DNA of 64,000 bases from Amoebidium appalachense. Its lineage: Eukaryota; Protista; Ichthyosporea. The position numbers and the translations under genes were made by a program. Under the pieces are notes generated by a model. That model made no database searches and was not told where the DNA came from. It worked only from the letters and a program-made list of their open reading frames with translations. Numbering within the stretch: the first letter of the stretch is position 1; every line of letters starts with the position of its first letter. This document shows, in pieces, positions 1 through 38,134 of the stretch. The DNA lies in NCBI GenBank assembly GCA_963693365.1, contig CAVNZM010000003.1:1576768-1640767 (forward strand), given 5' to 3'.

Positions 1-2256
1 AAATGTAAGTCTAATAGAAGGATGGAGGGGTGTGTCTTTAAAAATATTAGCCGAGAAGAAAGCTAACCGCTTACGAGCCAACTCTACCCTCTTTTCGACC
101 ATATGGGGAAACATAACACCAACAGAATCAACCGGAACACCAAGATATTTGTATTCTGGAACTATAGGTACAGGTTTAGATGATAATGTAAATGTGTGTA
201 AATTGTTAGCTATATCAGGTACAAGAACACCACATTTGTCTATGTTAAGGATCATAAGGTTTGCCTTGCACCACTCTGACACTACATCGAACAATCTTTG
301 CAGGCGTCTAGGGGTACGGGCAAGGAGGGACAGATCATCAGCATAGAGAAGTGCAGGCGGAAAGTTATTAATAGGGTCATCGTTTTCGGCGTAAATCTTG
401 ACAGCCAAATCATCTATAAATAGGTTAAACAAAAAGGGGCTAAGCAATGAACCCTGCAAGAGACCTCTAGTACGAGCAAAACCATATGAAAGATGCCCAT
501 TAACCACAGCTCTACCATAGGTTTGAGACAAGAGTGCTTCTAACAGAACACCAATGCAGTGTGGTACACCCCGTGCAGCAAGCTTTTCCCATAGGAGACC
601 AGGGGAGACAGAATCGTAAGCAGTTTTCCAATCAATAAAGCCAACATATTGTGCACCAACTTGCATAGAATCGTGCAGTGCCATTATTTGAACATAACAT
701 GAATTGTTTTTACGAAAAGCGGATTGGCATGGGTGTATGTGAAGAATAGATTGAAACCTAGGGTGATGTGCAAATAACCTAAGTAAGCAAGCTTCAAAGA
801 ATCTACGAACAACCTGGGTTAGTGTAATGGGGCGAAAGGATGATATGGGGCCCTCAGAGTCCTTCTTAACTATGGGGATCACTAAGGTATCTAACCAAGA
901 TGACGGGACATGTCCACATTTAACACACCAAGAAAAGAGAGAGCTTAACATGATAGTAAGATCAGGTTTAATAGCACGATCACTTTCCTTTTGTGGGTAG
1001 GAGGGAACAAGGATTTTAAGAAACCCAGCAGGGAGTCCATCAGGTCCACAAGACTTACTAGAGCTATAACTAGATATCACAGACCATATGGCATCGGGAC
1101 TGAAAAAGGGGAGGATCGATTCTATGGGGATAGATGGGTCTACAGGCCACACAATAGGTTTCTGAGCGGGGGTCCTATCTTTAAACAGTTCCGAGAAATA
1201 CTTATCAGAGTCTATGAGGGGGTCTCCAGTGGTATCACCAATAATACGAGCAGGGGGGCCAAATCGATTCATACTAGCAAGCCGGCGCAAGCTTTCCTTT
1301 TGAGACAGGGGTTCACCTAGTCTAGCGGGAGTGGTGTTTGGTAACAAGAGAGCATCGGGATATTCCTTCCTACCACCGCCAGCATAATCACCGAGATCTA
1401 TCAAATCATCAACAATAAAGTTAGTGCATGTATCTAGTACGAGATGTGAATCTGGCCTGGCTTGTGCAGATTCTAATAGGCGCATATATATAGGGTGTTT
1501 CGTAGCATAGCATACACATACATCAACTCTACCCCACTGTGACTTAAGCTGGGATAGACGGAGGCGAAAGGTGGGAGGGGGAGGGGGGAGCAGATCAAGG
1601 GAGATCTTAGGTAGGAAAAGGATAGGAGAGTGGTCAGATGACCTAGAGAGGTTAGGAGGGAGAGAGAGTTTTGACATGGTTGATGGCCAAAAGGCCACTC
1701 CCCAGTCGGTGTTGTGGGCATGGGATATTTGAGGGAACCGCAAAGTGTGACTTTGGACATACCTTGCTAAAGGGATAGCACGCTCCGGGGGCTTAGATGG
1801 GTACCCGACACTCACTTGCAGTGTGTCTGTGTGGTGGAGTCGCGTGTTAAAATCACCTAAAATAACAGTGGACATTGGTAACTGTGACAACTCGTGAGTC
1901 AATTCGACAACCGACATAGATGGTGGGTAATATACAAAAGTAAAAACATTAGAAAGAAACTCTATAGAAACCGAGAATTCCGTTTTTGCTACCGGTTTGC
2001 ACTTCACTCTCACGTGTGGTGCGGCAAGTACAATAATGCCTCGGTTTTTCGCGTAACCGGGGTGTGTGGATGTGTCGACCAATGTAGAGTTGAATTTGTG
2101 GTGGTTTTTAAACTGTGTTTCGCAAATCACTGTAAACGTGTGGTTGTTTGTCTGTTGTTGTATGTAGCTGATTTTATCGTCGAGTGTCCCGGGGGGGAGG
2201 CCCTTTTGGGGGCCCAGTGTCCGAGCATTCCAGAAGAAGAAGGATAAATTAGGCAT
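1..2256 (-). CDS. LINE ORF2: apurinic-like endonuclease plus reverse transcriptase (3'-partial)
   Basis: Read by hand: ATG at 2256 (MPNLSFFFWNARTL) with no in-frame stop down to base 1. APE motifs: WNAR, ICETQ, VYYPP, LGDFN, SDHSPI. RT motifs: KSCGPDGLP, FRPITL, FIDWKTAYDSV, GLLQGSLLSPFLFN, LLYADDL (Y codon at 345-343), YKYLG. Probably absent from the ORF track because it runs off the window. Confidence 0.95.
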   Translation of the reverse strand, partial: MPNLSFFFWNARTLGPQKGLPPGTLDDKISYIQQQTNNHTFTVICETQFKNHHKFNSTLVDTSTHPGYAKNRGIIVLAAPHVRVKCKPVAKTEFSVSIEFLSNVFTFVYYPPSMSVVELTHELSQLPMSTVILGDFNTRLHHTDTLQVSVGYPSKPPERAIPLARYVQSHTLRFPQISHAHNTDWGVAFWPSTMSKLSLPPNLSRSSDHSPILFLPKISLDLLPPPPPTFRLRLSQLKSQWGRVDVCVCYATKHPIYMRLLESAQARPDSHLVLDTCTNFIVDDLIDLGDYAGGGRKEYPDALLLPNTTPARLGEPLSQKESLRRLASMNRFGPPARIIGDTTGDPLIDSDKYFSELFKDRTPAQKPIVWPVDPSIPIESILPFFSPDAIWSVISSYSSSKSCGPDGLPAGFLKILVPSYPQKESDRAIKPDLTIMLSSLFSWCVKCGHVPSSWLDTLVIPIVKKDSEGPISSFRPITLTQVVRRFFEACLLRLFAHHPRFQSILHIHPCQSAFRKNNSCYVQIMALHDSMQVGAQYVGFIDWKTAYDSVSPGLLWEKLAARGVPHCIGVLLEALLSQTYGRAVVNGHLSYGFARTRGLLQGSLLSPFLFNLFIDDLAVKIYAENDDPINNFPPALLYADDLSLLARTPRRLQRLFDVVSEWCKANLMILNIDKCGVLVPDIANNLHTFTLSSKPVPIVPEYKYLGVPVDSVGVMFPHMVEKRVELARKRLAFFSANIFKDTPLHPSIRLTF

Positions 2257-3433
2257 CGGTTTGGTCCGACACCTGTGGGGTTGGTTCCCACTTGTCGCTT
2301 ACGGGGTCGTATGCACGACCTTCCGCCAGCGCGAACAGTTCGCAGAAGAGCTCGATTTCCATCTCGCATCGGCGTTTGCGCTCGAGCAGTTTCTCACCAG
2401 AAAACATTGGTTCCTTCGTGTCCGTGTCTATCACGCTCGTAGCATCGTTTTCCAACTTTGCGAGGAACTCTTTTGCCTTGCTGATGCGTACACGACAACG
2501 TGTGGCGCACGCATTCTTAGCAGACACTTTACGTTCTTTGTCTGCTTTCTGAATGTTTTCCGGCGCGCATGGGTCGTAGCTTGGGAGGTGGGTGAAGAAG
2601 CTTCCACACCCCTTTGTCGCGTCACGGATGAACGCACGGTTATAGTCGCCCCGTACTGCTACTTCCAGCACATCGTATCCAATGAAGGACAGACAAAGGA
2701 TGCGAGAGCACCGGAAGCCGAGAGCCTTGAAGATGGACCACATGGCCCTGTGTGGGCGTCTGCCGTGCTTGACTTTGAAATACACCCTCTCGTATTTGGG
2801 TGGGATGTTGATGTTACCGTTTGCTTGGGTGTTCCCCTTAGCCGGCGGTTTGGGAGGGGAGTTGCGGCGGTACTCGTTGCCTGCAAGAATGCTGGCATAT
2901 GTTTCCTTGGCAATTTGGCGGAGCTCGGGTGTTTTACGAGAGTTCGCATATTCTAGGAACTCTGCCGGGAGCTGTGCTTCCGGTCCTGTGTTGTTTTGTG
3001 TTGGGGTGGAAATGTCTCCGTCGCGAGATGTTTGCTCATGAGTTTTGGGGTTTTGCGATCCACTAATGTTTAGCTGGGCTGTGAGTGAATCAATGGTGAG
3101 CTTGAGTTGGGTATTTTCTGTTTGGAGTTTTTCTATCATGTTCTTGAGTGGTAACAGCTCATTTAGCTGTTTCTTAACGAGGGCAAGTTCTGCCAGTACT
3201 GTATCAACCGAAAGTTTCGGCATGGTTGTTATTGTGTTTCTACGGAGTGGTGTGGTGTTATTCTGAATGGGTAGTGTATTGTAAATAGGTGTTGCGCTTA
3301 GTCTAAGGCGATGTTTTTCTGGTTGTGCATCTGTGGTAGGTGTATCTGCTGGACGTTTTAATGGTCGCACATGTGTGATGGGTGTAGATGGAACTTTGAA
3401 AGAGGTTCTGAAACGATTATAAGCATGTGCCAT
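2249..3433 (-). CDS. LINE ORF1 (394 aa, coiled-coil, probably nucleic-acid binding)
   Basis: Long ORF directly upstream of ORF2. Heptad stretch LALVKKQLNELLPLKNMIEKLQTENTQLKLTIDSLTAQL, TYASIL motif and RILCLSFIGYDVLEVAVRGDY block. No CCHC knuckle seen. Confidence 0.85.
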   Translation of the reverse strand: MAHAYNRFRTSFKVPSTPITHVRPLKRPADTPTTDAQPEKHRLRLSATPIYNTLPIQNNTTPLRRNTITTMPKLSVDTVLAELALVKKQLNELLPLKNMIEKLQTENTQLKLTIDSLTAQLNISGSQNPKTHEQTSRDGDISTPTQNNTGPEAQLPAEFLEYANSRKTPELRQIAKETYASILAGNEYRRNSPPKPPAKGNTQANGNINIPPKYERVYFKVKHGRRPHRAMWSIFKALGFRCSRILCLSFIGYDVLEVAVRGDYNRAFIRDATKGCGSFFTHLPSYDPCAPENIQKADKERKVSAKNACATRCRVRISKAKEFLAKLENDATSVIDTDTKEPMFSGEKLLERKRRCEMEIELFCELFALAEGRAYDPVSDKWEPTPQVSDQTDA

Positions 3434-3681
3434 GACATGGATGGGGGTGTTCCCCGGCCCTTAGGGCCACGGATGGCCTGGTTTAGGGGTGGATGCGCGA
3501 AGGATACTATTTATTAGCAGATAATAAAGAGCGACATTTGAATCGATGTGTGCGACTGAATCGATGTGCGACTGAGACCGTTTACAAAAGTTAACCAATC
3601 GCTGGAAATGCTCGCACATTTGTCATCTCTGGAATGAGCTCATTCAATCTACATGGATTGGGCGAGGGATTTGGTATTGGT

Positions 3682-3868
3682 AAGGTTTGAATCGAATCGC
3701 GAGGGCCGCCAGGCTCGGACGACGAATGATCCGCTCCCTCCCCCCTCCCCCCAGACCCCCGGCTCCCCCAGACCCCCCGGGAACCGCGAGGCAGCTCGGG
3801 CAGCTCGGGCCGGGCGTCGTGCGCTGTGCTCCGGCCCTGGCGGCCCTTCGCGATTCGATTCGAACCTT
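3682..3868. repeat. Short foldback/MITE-like element with ~32-bp inverted arms
   Basis: aaggtttgaatcgaatcgcgagggccgccagg (3682-3713) is the near reverse complement of cctggcggcccttcgcgattcgattcgaacctt (3836-3868); GC-rich spacer. Confidence 0.7.
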
Positions 3869-4441
3869 TCAAGTGGGAGACCAATCCGAGTCACCGGCCA
3901 CGGTTCGGGTCAGCGTCCTGGGCATGGGGTCTTCCCCTTTCAAGTCTTTATGTTTGTGTATGTGTCCCGGGTCGCTCCCGGCTGGTGTTGTTAAAGTGAG
4001 CTGTGCTCACTTCCCCACTAGCGTTGCTGCGGCTAGAACCGTGGGATAAGGCGTAACTAAAAATAGTGCCAGTTGGGGTCAATAAGAATCCTGACTTATG
4101 AGTGTGCTATACAGTACGATCTGTGTCTAGGCGGAAGACGCGTACGGCTGAGGCAGTGCCTCGCCGGGAGTGAAACGGGATAAAATAAATAAAATAAAAA
4201 ATGCCAAAATTCACCAGGGCATCTGCCCGAACTTATTGCATTGAATTTCCTAAGTCCTCCTAAAATCTATCCTATACAGGGGTTTGGTGGACACTGCCGA
4301 AGGCCAATCCTATACACTATTACTAATCCTATTGGTTGGCTGCTCCAGCTGACGTGGTCCCGCCCTGCGCCGGCAGAGACAAGATGCCCGCAGCTCAGTG
4401 TACAGCTGATCTTGAGGGGACTTGATCTTGATGATCTGTGG

Positions 4442-4482
<41 letters not shown>

Positions 4483-4540
4483 CGCCCGCGCCCGATCTTG
4501 ATCGTTGACTTAGGATGATCTGTTGAGACGGATTAGTATA

Positions 4541-5102
4541 TGTCAATCGTTGATTTGGGAAATCCAGATTTTCTAAACTTAGTAGTCCCATATTGGGAGA
4601 TCGAAGTGATCACTGGCACCCAATAGGCACATGTAGCAGCTTTTTAGGGTACTATAAAAAGCGGGTGATGGTTAAATCACCCTCACTTTTTGTCCCCCGT
4701 CGCTGCTCTCTCTAGCAGTGACGGTTGGTGATTAGGTAGCAATCTTGTGGTAGTGCGCCTGTATACTTATAACTTTCCGTCCTGCACGTCGTTGCTCCCG
4801 CCACTCTAGTAGTGACTAGAATGGACGCCAACTACTCAGCTTATCTTGCGGAGCTCCGCCGCCTCATTTCTGGCGATGCTGTCGAGAGTAACGAGGCCCG
4901 CCGTGAGCGACTTGGGCGAAACTGGGGCTTCTCCGAACTGCCGTTGGTGCCGGTGCAAAAAGTGAGGGTGATTTAACCATCACCCGCTTTTTATAGTACC
5001 CTAAAAAGCTGCTACTGTGCCTATTGGGTGATCACTTCGATCTCCCTGAATATGGCACTACTAAGTTTAGAAAATCTGGATTTTCCAAATCGACGATTCA
5101 CA
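4541..5102. mobile_element. MITE/foldback element with ~150-bp terminal inverted repeats
   Basis: 4541-4692 is the reverse complement of 4956-5102. The inner ~60 bp are essentially perfect and the outer part has indels. The ~260-bp spacer has no ORF. Confidence 0.75.
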
Positions 5103-6326
5103 GTCAAAATCACGAGACCCACACCCACGGGCCGGCCCGGGGCCGGGCCAGGCGCACGGCGTGGCCAGGAATTCGAACACAATGTACTACGGTAGAAGAA
5201 TAATGAAGCAAAAACCATATGGATCCCTCATAGCTATATTATTTAGTGCACGTAGACATGTCACTGGGTGAATATAAAGGAGGATTTATAACATGATGCT
5301 GTACGTTCATTATAGGCCTGCATGGCGGCCGCTAGCGGGCCGCGGTCCAGGCCCGGTGACCGGCCGGTAAAGGGGGATGTAACGATGGTGTCACGAAAAT
5401 ACAATTTCATTTTTACCCCTTTGGTTTCTGGAGACTACGTTATGTATTTTGATTGGTATTGGTCATTTTCGGCGCGCAAAAGTTACCAAATATGTATACT
5501 AATGACTACATTACTAACCCCGGAGGTGCCAATCTATCCCGACCACTGAAACGGGATATTTCCACCCCACCTGGATAGATCGTCAATCCTAAGTCCCCCT
5601 AAATATCATTTGGATCTATCACAAAACTACCTGAATATCTTTTTTTTTTTTTTCATGGATATATCAAGTATCCCGAGGCCCCCTATCTATCACAAAATTC
5701 TGCGGGATTTATTTACATGGCCCTAGTTGGCAATATCCGAACGGCGGAAGGATGTAGGTATACTGGGTTGCCTTAAAATTTTGGCAACCTTTTGTGCCGC
5801 CCACTGGAAGACAAGGCAGTACCCAGATACGGTATGTACATAGGGATCATAAAAATAACAACGTTCTTCCACAATTTTTCGTTTCCTTTTGGTCGAATTT
5901 ATTTTTGTGGCGCATCAAGCCGAGTTGCCGGCTGGCAACGTCAGTGCAGCTGGAGCCTGGCAGTATTTTTTTTCCCCAAAGTGCAGCCCTGATCTTTTTA
6001 TTACAGCCAATCATATGTTTCACAATTTATCACTTTAGCCTTATTTGGGCAAGAAGAAAGTGCATCCAATCAACGTCTTTCAAAGGGATGAAAACGGTCA
6101 CAGAAAGAATGTCACGATCCGCCCGGACACACGAAGCCGAAGCCTTTAAACTTTTGAAAACAGAAAAACTTTGAAAGACTCATGATCAAGCCTTCGAAAA
6201 ACAACTTCGAAGAAAAGCGATAACGTTCGATCAGGTGTCTATTTACACTTTGTTTCTATAACACAAGTGTTTTTTCCCGGCCTTTATTGACCTCAGTCTT
6301 AGTGCACTTCTTACTTAGCAAAAAAA

Positions 6327-9123
<2,797 letters not shown>

Positions 9124-9860
9124 GCCAAAAAGTGAATAGAGTGTGCGGGAATGTAAATGCTGGACTCACAACACACCCATGCACACATGCGCATACACGC
9201 ACACAGACACACACACAGACACACACAAACACAAACACGCGCACGTGTGCTGCCTGGGTTCCGTATACATACTGATGATTCAAGGTACCATGCAAAATGA
9301 GATGTGTCAAGTACCTGTTTTTTCCGGAAGTTGATGATTGTTTTCTCTATTCTCTTTGCAATAGTTTTGCATGTTGTACACAAGCGGAAGCGCGAGTGGA
9401 AATAAACATAAACTGAAGCCCTGATATGTCGATCGTATGGTTCAGCATTTGTGGAGCCGTGTCGTAGGCCATGCCGCGGACACAAATCAAGCCTCAGCCG
9501 TCGTGAAAGTCTTTGAAAATCAGTCAATGATAACGGGTCCCAAGGTTTTAATGTGCTTATATTAGGGAGAACTTGGTGTTCCACAGTTGGCACAAAAATG
9601 CACAGCTGCTATGTCGTTTAACTCACGTCACAGTGGTTGCTACCATAAATCATTAAAAGTTGAGCCGAATGCAACTGGAAGGAGAAATATAAGCCAGAGA
9701 AGTTGTAAATGCTTTCCGAGCTACACCGTGAACAAAACCACACACAGCGAAAAAGAGAGTCTGACTTTTAGTTAGATGGGGGCATCAGCTGGCCAAGGCT
9801 AAGATTGGATATATAGTACAGTGACTCCAGACTAGCAAGATAGTCGCTTAGATAGCTTCA

Positions 9861-9899
<39 letters not shown>

Positions 9900-10014
9900 A
9901 CAATACAAACAAACTAGTCAACACCTTTACTTAATGCATGGCAATTAACCGCAGACACTGCGACCTCAATGACTGCCCAAAATTTTGACTCCTATTTCCG
10001 ATGAGGCATATCTA

Positions 10015-10331
10015 AACAACAGCCCACAACTCACGTCCCACAATCACAGCCACTTCTTTATGCATTTACGATCACCTGAATTATTCCATTCAGCCGGGTG
10101 ACCACCCACATAGCCTAAGGCATGCGTCCACTTATTGCAATAGTGGTTGGAGTCGGGAACGACACGGCTAGTCTAAGACTTATGGTCGTCGGCAAAAGTT
10201 GCTGAACATCCTTTCCCACTTCCATCCCCTCTCCCTCCCTTCCTCCCCCCCCCCCCCCACCACCACCACCACCACCAGTGCACCACCGGCCACCACCACC
10301 TCCACTTCCCCCCTATCCCCCCCCCCCCCCC

Positions 10332-10362
<31 letters not shown>

Positions 10363-10369
10363 CCCAATC

Positions 10370-10402
<33 letters not shown>

Positions 10403-11007
10403 AGTACCCAAAACCAACTCATCCATCGTTTCCTCCAAGGCACCCGCATCAAGGCCTTGAAATAAGGAGACCTTGGCTCCCATTCACCTAAACCCCTCTT
10501 GGACCCGTTCCACATGCCATCGCCACACAAATATGTATTAAATCTTCATTATCCACGAGTATGGCGTGCCGTACCAACGGCCATCCTACATTCACTGCCG
10601 GTATGTTTAGGGGGCAGGGGGTTTACTGTGGCCCCCACTCCCCCCCCCCCCCCCCTTCCCCCCTGTTGCATAGCCTTCACGGGGGGGGACCGTGGTTGAA
10701 ATCCGGAAGACGGCGCTTCAGGGATAATACATGAAGGCTTCGAGCGCGGGGGAGTACCGGGGAGTGAGACCTAGGGGGAACAAGGGGAGAGAGAGAAACC
10801 GACAGCCGGGGAGTGGTGTTGGTTGGGGGGGGGGGGAGAGATCGTGAGTCTGAGAGAGGGAAAGGAGATGGTAGGGGGAGGGAGGGAGGGAGAATGTGAA
10901 AGGTAGAGTTTGCGGTGCGAGTCGTCCAAAATATGATGCACACACGTGCGCGCGCACACACACACACACACACGTGCACACACACACACACGCGCGCGCG
11001 CGTGCGT

Positions 11008-11038
<31 letters not shown>

Positions 11039-11325
11039 TACACATACACACACAAGCTTCCAGTACTTCATTGTATTTCACATCTCAAACCAGTCATCAG
11101 TGCTTGACTGATTTCTCTCCCTCGAGTTAGTGTGACTCCCCATGTCGTCATATTGGGTCCCCAAACACGTATTTTCATGGGCCCCGGGATATAGGGCAAT
11201 AGTTATTTGACACTGGATTTTCTCAATAGCCTATCTGAAACCGCTTTTCGTTCCATCTCCTAGAGCTCACATTAATTTTTTGTATTATTCAATGATTATT
11301 TTCAATATTATTATTATTATTTTCC

Positions 11326-11368
<43 letters not shown>

Positions 11369-11685
11369 AGGGGGGAGGGTACGGGCGCGTCAGCGCCTCT
11401 TAAGCTTGATCCATGCACCTCGACCGTTGATTCATGTACATTGTAGTATACGGCGTATCCAGCAGCAGCCCACATTCTGTCCCACAATCACAGCCACACC
11501 TTTCTGCCTTCGACCCACCAGCTGATTTACTCCTGTCAGCTGGGTGACCACCTATGTACAAATATATGCATCCACCGATTGTGATAGTGGTTGCAACTTG
11601 TAGGTCGCAAAGTCGGTCCAAGGGACTTGCAATCAAGGGACTTGCAAGGTCACCAAAGAAAACAGCTGAACATAAATCCCTCTCC
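10015..11685. repeat. Pair of diverged ~200-bp direct repeats (10015-10217 and 11460-11685)
   Basis: Shared blocks cagcccaca..gtcccacaatcacagccac, cagc(c/t)gggtgaccacc, atagtggttg and gctgaacat occur in the same order in both copies. Confidence 0.65.
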
Positions 11686-11705
11686 CACCCCATGACACAC
11701 ATGCA

Positions 11706-11737
<32 letters not shown>

Positions 11738-11755
11738 CACACGTACACACACACA

Positions 11756-11790
<35 letters not shown>

Positions 11791-11889
11791 CACAACCACC
11801 ACCGTGACCCACCCACCCCTTCCTCGGTCGTGTTTCTGATTCCACCTCCCGGGCCTTCAGTACAACTCGGGCAACCCAAGCCTCCTTTC

Positions 11890-11971
<82 letters not shown>

Positions 11972-12518
11972 CCCGTAAAAAAAAAAAAAGAAAAGAAAGA
12001 AATAAAAGAAATAGAAAAGAAAAGAAAAGAAAAGAAAAGGAAAGGAAAGAAAAGAAAAGAAAAGAAAGCATCACCACCACCACCACCACCACAGGGGCAG
12101 CCCCTATGAGTCGGCTATCGGGCCATCCTTTTAACGTTATTCCTTGCAACTGCACGTATATTCCTCTCCATGACTTGTGTATGCAGTGTGTTGACTGGGC
12201 GAGCACGTGGGCAGAGCTGTGTAGGTGGGTCCAGGAGGCTAACAGTACCTTGAAAAAGAGGACGGTGCATAAGAAATCAACACTTCTATGCTTGTGGTGG
12301 AGGGAAAGACAATAGGACGGCCAGGTGAGAAAGGAAGGCAGCAGCAGGAGAGGGTAGGAGGATGGGGAGGGGGGAGGGGCCAAGAGGGTGGAGGAGCAGA
12401 TGATAGAGAGAAAGGCAAGAGAGAGCTGTAGTAGTTACTGTTAGTACGATCACTGCCGGTACCGGCCGTGGCGTCCTTTTTTCTTTTGGTGGGGTGTGTG
12501 TGTGTGTGTGTTGGGGAG

Positions 12519-12551
<33 letters not shown>

Positions 12552-13181
12552 GATCACTGCGAAGTTGTAAGTGCACGCCGCAGCCTATCAGTTGAATAAT
12601 TTGAGGGTGTATTTGGGATGACACGGATATTGTCTACCTGCTTGACCATGGAAAATTTTCAGGCCCCTGCAGAAGTTGAACTTTGAACCGTAAAGATGCC
12701 TATCATCCCCATCCCCTCCCCCCCCCTCCCCCCCCCCCCCCCCCCCCGGCTTCCTTTCCCTCCTCCCCGCGGATACCCTCACCATGCATCCATCACCATG
12801 TATGCAATTAAGCAGAGATTTTAATTAAGCAGAGATTTTTTGTTTGTAAGCCTTTTAAAGCTCAATAAGCCCATTGTTACATTGTTACTAGTACTACTAG
12901 TTTGTGTGTTATTTCTTTGGTCCGATGGGAACACACACACACACGTGTCCGCAATCTATCGATAGAGCCCCTATAAATAATTGGGTATTTACTAGCACTG
13001 CAACGTTTGAGGCAAGGGCATTTATTAACGTATATGTGTATCGTATCGTGCATATGGACTCTTTAGCCCCTTTCATGTATGTGTGTGTGTGTGTGTGCCC
13101 ATGCGCGTGCGTGTGTGCGTGAGCTTATACAACTGGAACTGGTGTGTGTGTGTGAGTGTGTGTGTGTGTGAGTGCGTGTAA

Positions 13182-13214
<33 letters not shown>

Positions 13215-13849
13215 CGTGTGAGTGAGTGTTTGTTTTTGTGTGTTGGTGTTGTTGTGGGGGGGTGGGGTGGGGGGGGGGGGGGGGGGGGAGGGGTTCAGTG
13301 GGTGGGAGGGGACGGAAATGAGAGAAAAAGTGGGTGACTTGTTGTGTGTATTTATGTGCCTGTGCAAAGGCCTTAGCCGATAATAACAAGCAAGGCATGT
13401 GTCCAACAGGCGACTGTATTTAAACATCGGTAGTCTAAGGCCCACAAGTCTTTGCCACCGTGGGGAGGGGGGTAAAAAGAGAATCGGCGCAGGCTGAAGA
13501 GGGTTGGGGGGGCGAAGGAACGTTCTGAGACAAGGTCTGTCCTTGTATAGTGGAGGGGTGTGCCTTTGCCATGACTCGTGCAGGTGGCCAGCCGGTATGC
13601 ATAACACTGTGCCTAGTTATGCGTATATGGGTGAATAAAGTGGTGCACGTGTGCGCGTGTGCACGTGCACGCGTGTGTGTAGGTGTGTGTGCAGCGTGTG
13701 TAACGGTTTGTGTGTATGTGTATGTGTATACGTGCGCATGTGTGCGTGCGTGTGTGCGTACGTGTGTGCATGCGTGTGTGTGTGTGCATATCTGTGTGTA
13801 TGTGTTTGTGTGTGTGCGTGCGTGTGTGCGCGTGTGTGTATGCGTATGC

Positions 13850-13929
<80 letters not shown>

Positions 13930-15436
13930 CGCTGGCGGCGTTGAATCTATCTGTGCCGTGTGCCTAATAATAGCTGTGCAGCTGACAAGCTGCTTCATTT
14001 GGAAACTGTGACCCAGCAAGGTAAGTCCCCCCCCCCCCCCCCCCCCCCCCCCCATCCCCCCTCCCATCTGTACCTTGTGCCTCATAATAGCTTGTCGCAT
14101 AGCTGTGCCACCGACAAGCTCCACGCTACCCGTCAAGCCCGCCCCATACCTTGCATTTGGAAACTGTGACCCAGCAAGCCAGCATGGTAAGTCCCCCCCT
14201 CCCCCCCCCCCCCCCCCCCCCCTCCCCCCACTTTCCCGCCCTCCTTTCTTGGAATTGGAAACCTCTAATGACTAACACGAAGCACGTAAACCAAACCGTG
14301 CGGGACCTTTCCTGTCTTAGCGAACGGCCATGGCCGTTGTACGTACCGTGGACACCTGTGTTCCGTCGCCCAAGTTTTTAGTTATGACAGTGTGCAGTAC
14401 AGCGCCATCATGTTTTGCATGTGAAATCGGAGTCTAAGTATATAAGGCACATGCTGTAGTCATATTTCTCGTATGTAGTCCTTTTCTCGGTGCTCGTTCA
14501 CACTAACTCGACAGCTACATGTACAAGCCACGGCCATCTAGAGACTCCTAGATGGCCGTGGTACAAGCCTACATACAACTTGAACAGTTTTCGGTTTTTC
14601 CACGACTCGCGAACTTTTGTCACCACGTCGCAGCACGTCGACGTCTATGGTCTTGGCAGTGGCAGGAATGTGCCAGGCTTGCAGACGATTGGATTATTTA
14701 ATTATGATCACGCTCTTCCTAGAAGTTTGGCGTTTGGGGTCTCATCTCATCTTCCAAGGGAATAAATTATAAGCTCATCAAAACTTTCAAAAGACTACTA
14801 GATATGTGCTGAATAAAAAATCATAAATTGACGTTATAATTTTATTTAAATATTTTTAAATCAGACTGTTCAATACGTTCAGTGCCTATAACCAAAAAGT
14901 TGATACAACAATGTGAACAGCACACTCTTTTCAGGAACTCACGAGGTTACGAATCTTGGAAACCCACTAATCTGGGGTATGCAATCTCTCCAATCAGCTT
15001 GAAGGCGATTAAGACTTAAAGAACACTTCAAAAGCCGTCACAGTTACCTCTCAATAGACGTACCCCCACGTACTCTCATTTCCTTAACAATGCATGATAA
15101 ACAACCAAAAATGTATATATAAAAATTATTTATTTTCAAAAATCCACCCATGTACGTTTTTGTCTTGTGTGACGTCTATCTTTCAACAATATTCCAGCAG
15201 AAATACTTGGTAGATAACGATTGGGTGCTACCCTGACTCTTTAACGTTGTGCTGGCTCATCGCTGAGATGTTCCGCGAATCCGCATCCGGCCTGCAGTGT
15301 TGCATTTTGGCAAGCCTCGGAAGAGGGTGTTTTGGGTTTGATGTTTGATCGATGTTTCCTCGCTCTTAGCTTTAATTAGCAAGTACGACCAAAGTGTATA
15401 CCGTGTGGGCACCCCCTTTTGGGAGGAACAGCCAAC

Positions 15437-38134
<22,698 letters not shown>

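Larger units (their letters stand above)
1..3590 (-). mobile_element. Non-LTR retrotransposon (LINE, APE-RT type) with two ORFs; 3' end lies outside the window, 5' boundary approximate
   Basis: ORF1 followed by an overlapping APE+RT ORF2. The region lacks the long poly-C and microsatellite tracts seen elsewhere, consistent with a young insertion. No TSD can be assessed because the 3' end is missing. Confidence 0.9.

Noticed and set aside
32-3266. Plus-strand ORFs over the LINE
   Set aside because: Antisense shadows of ORF1/ORF2 with no recognisable motifs.
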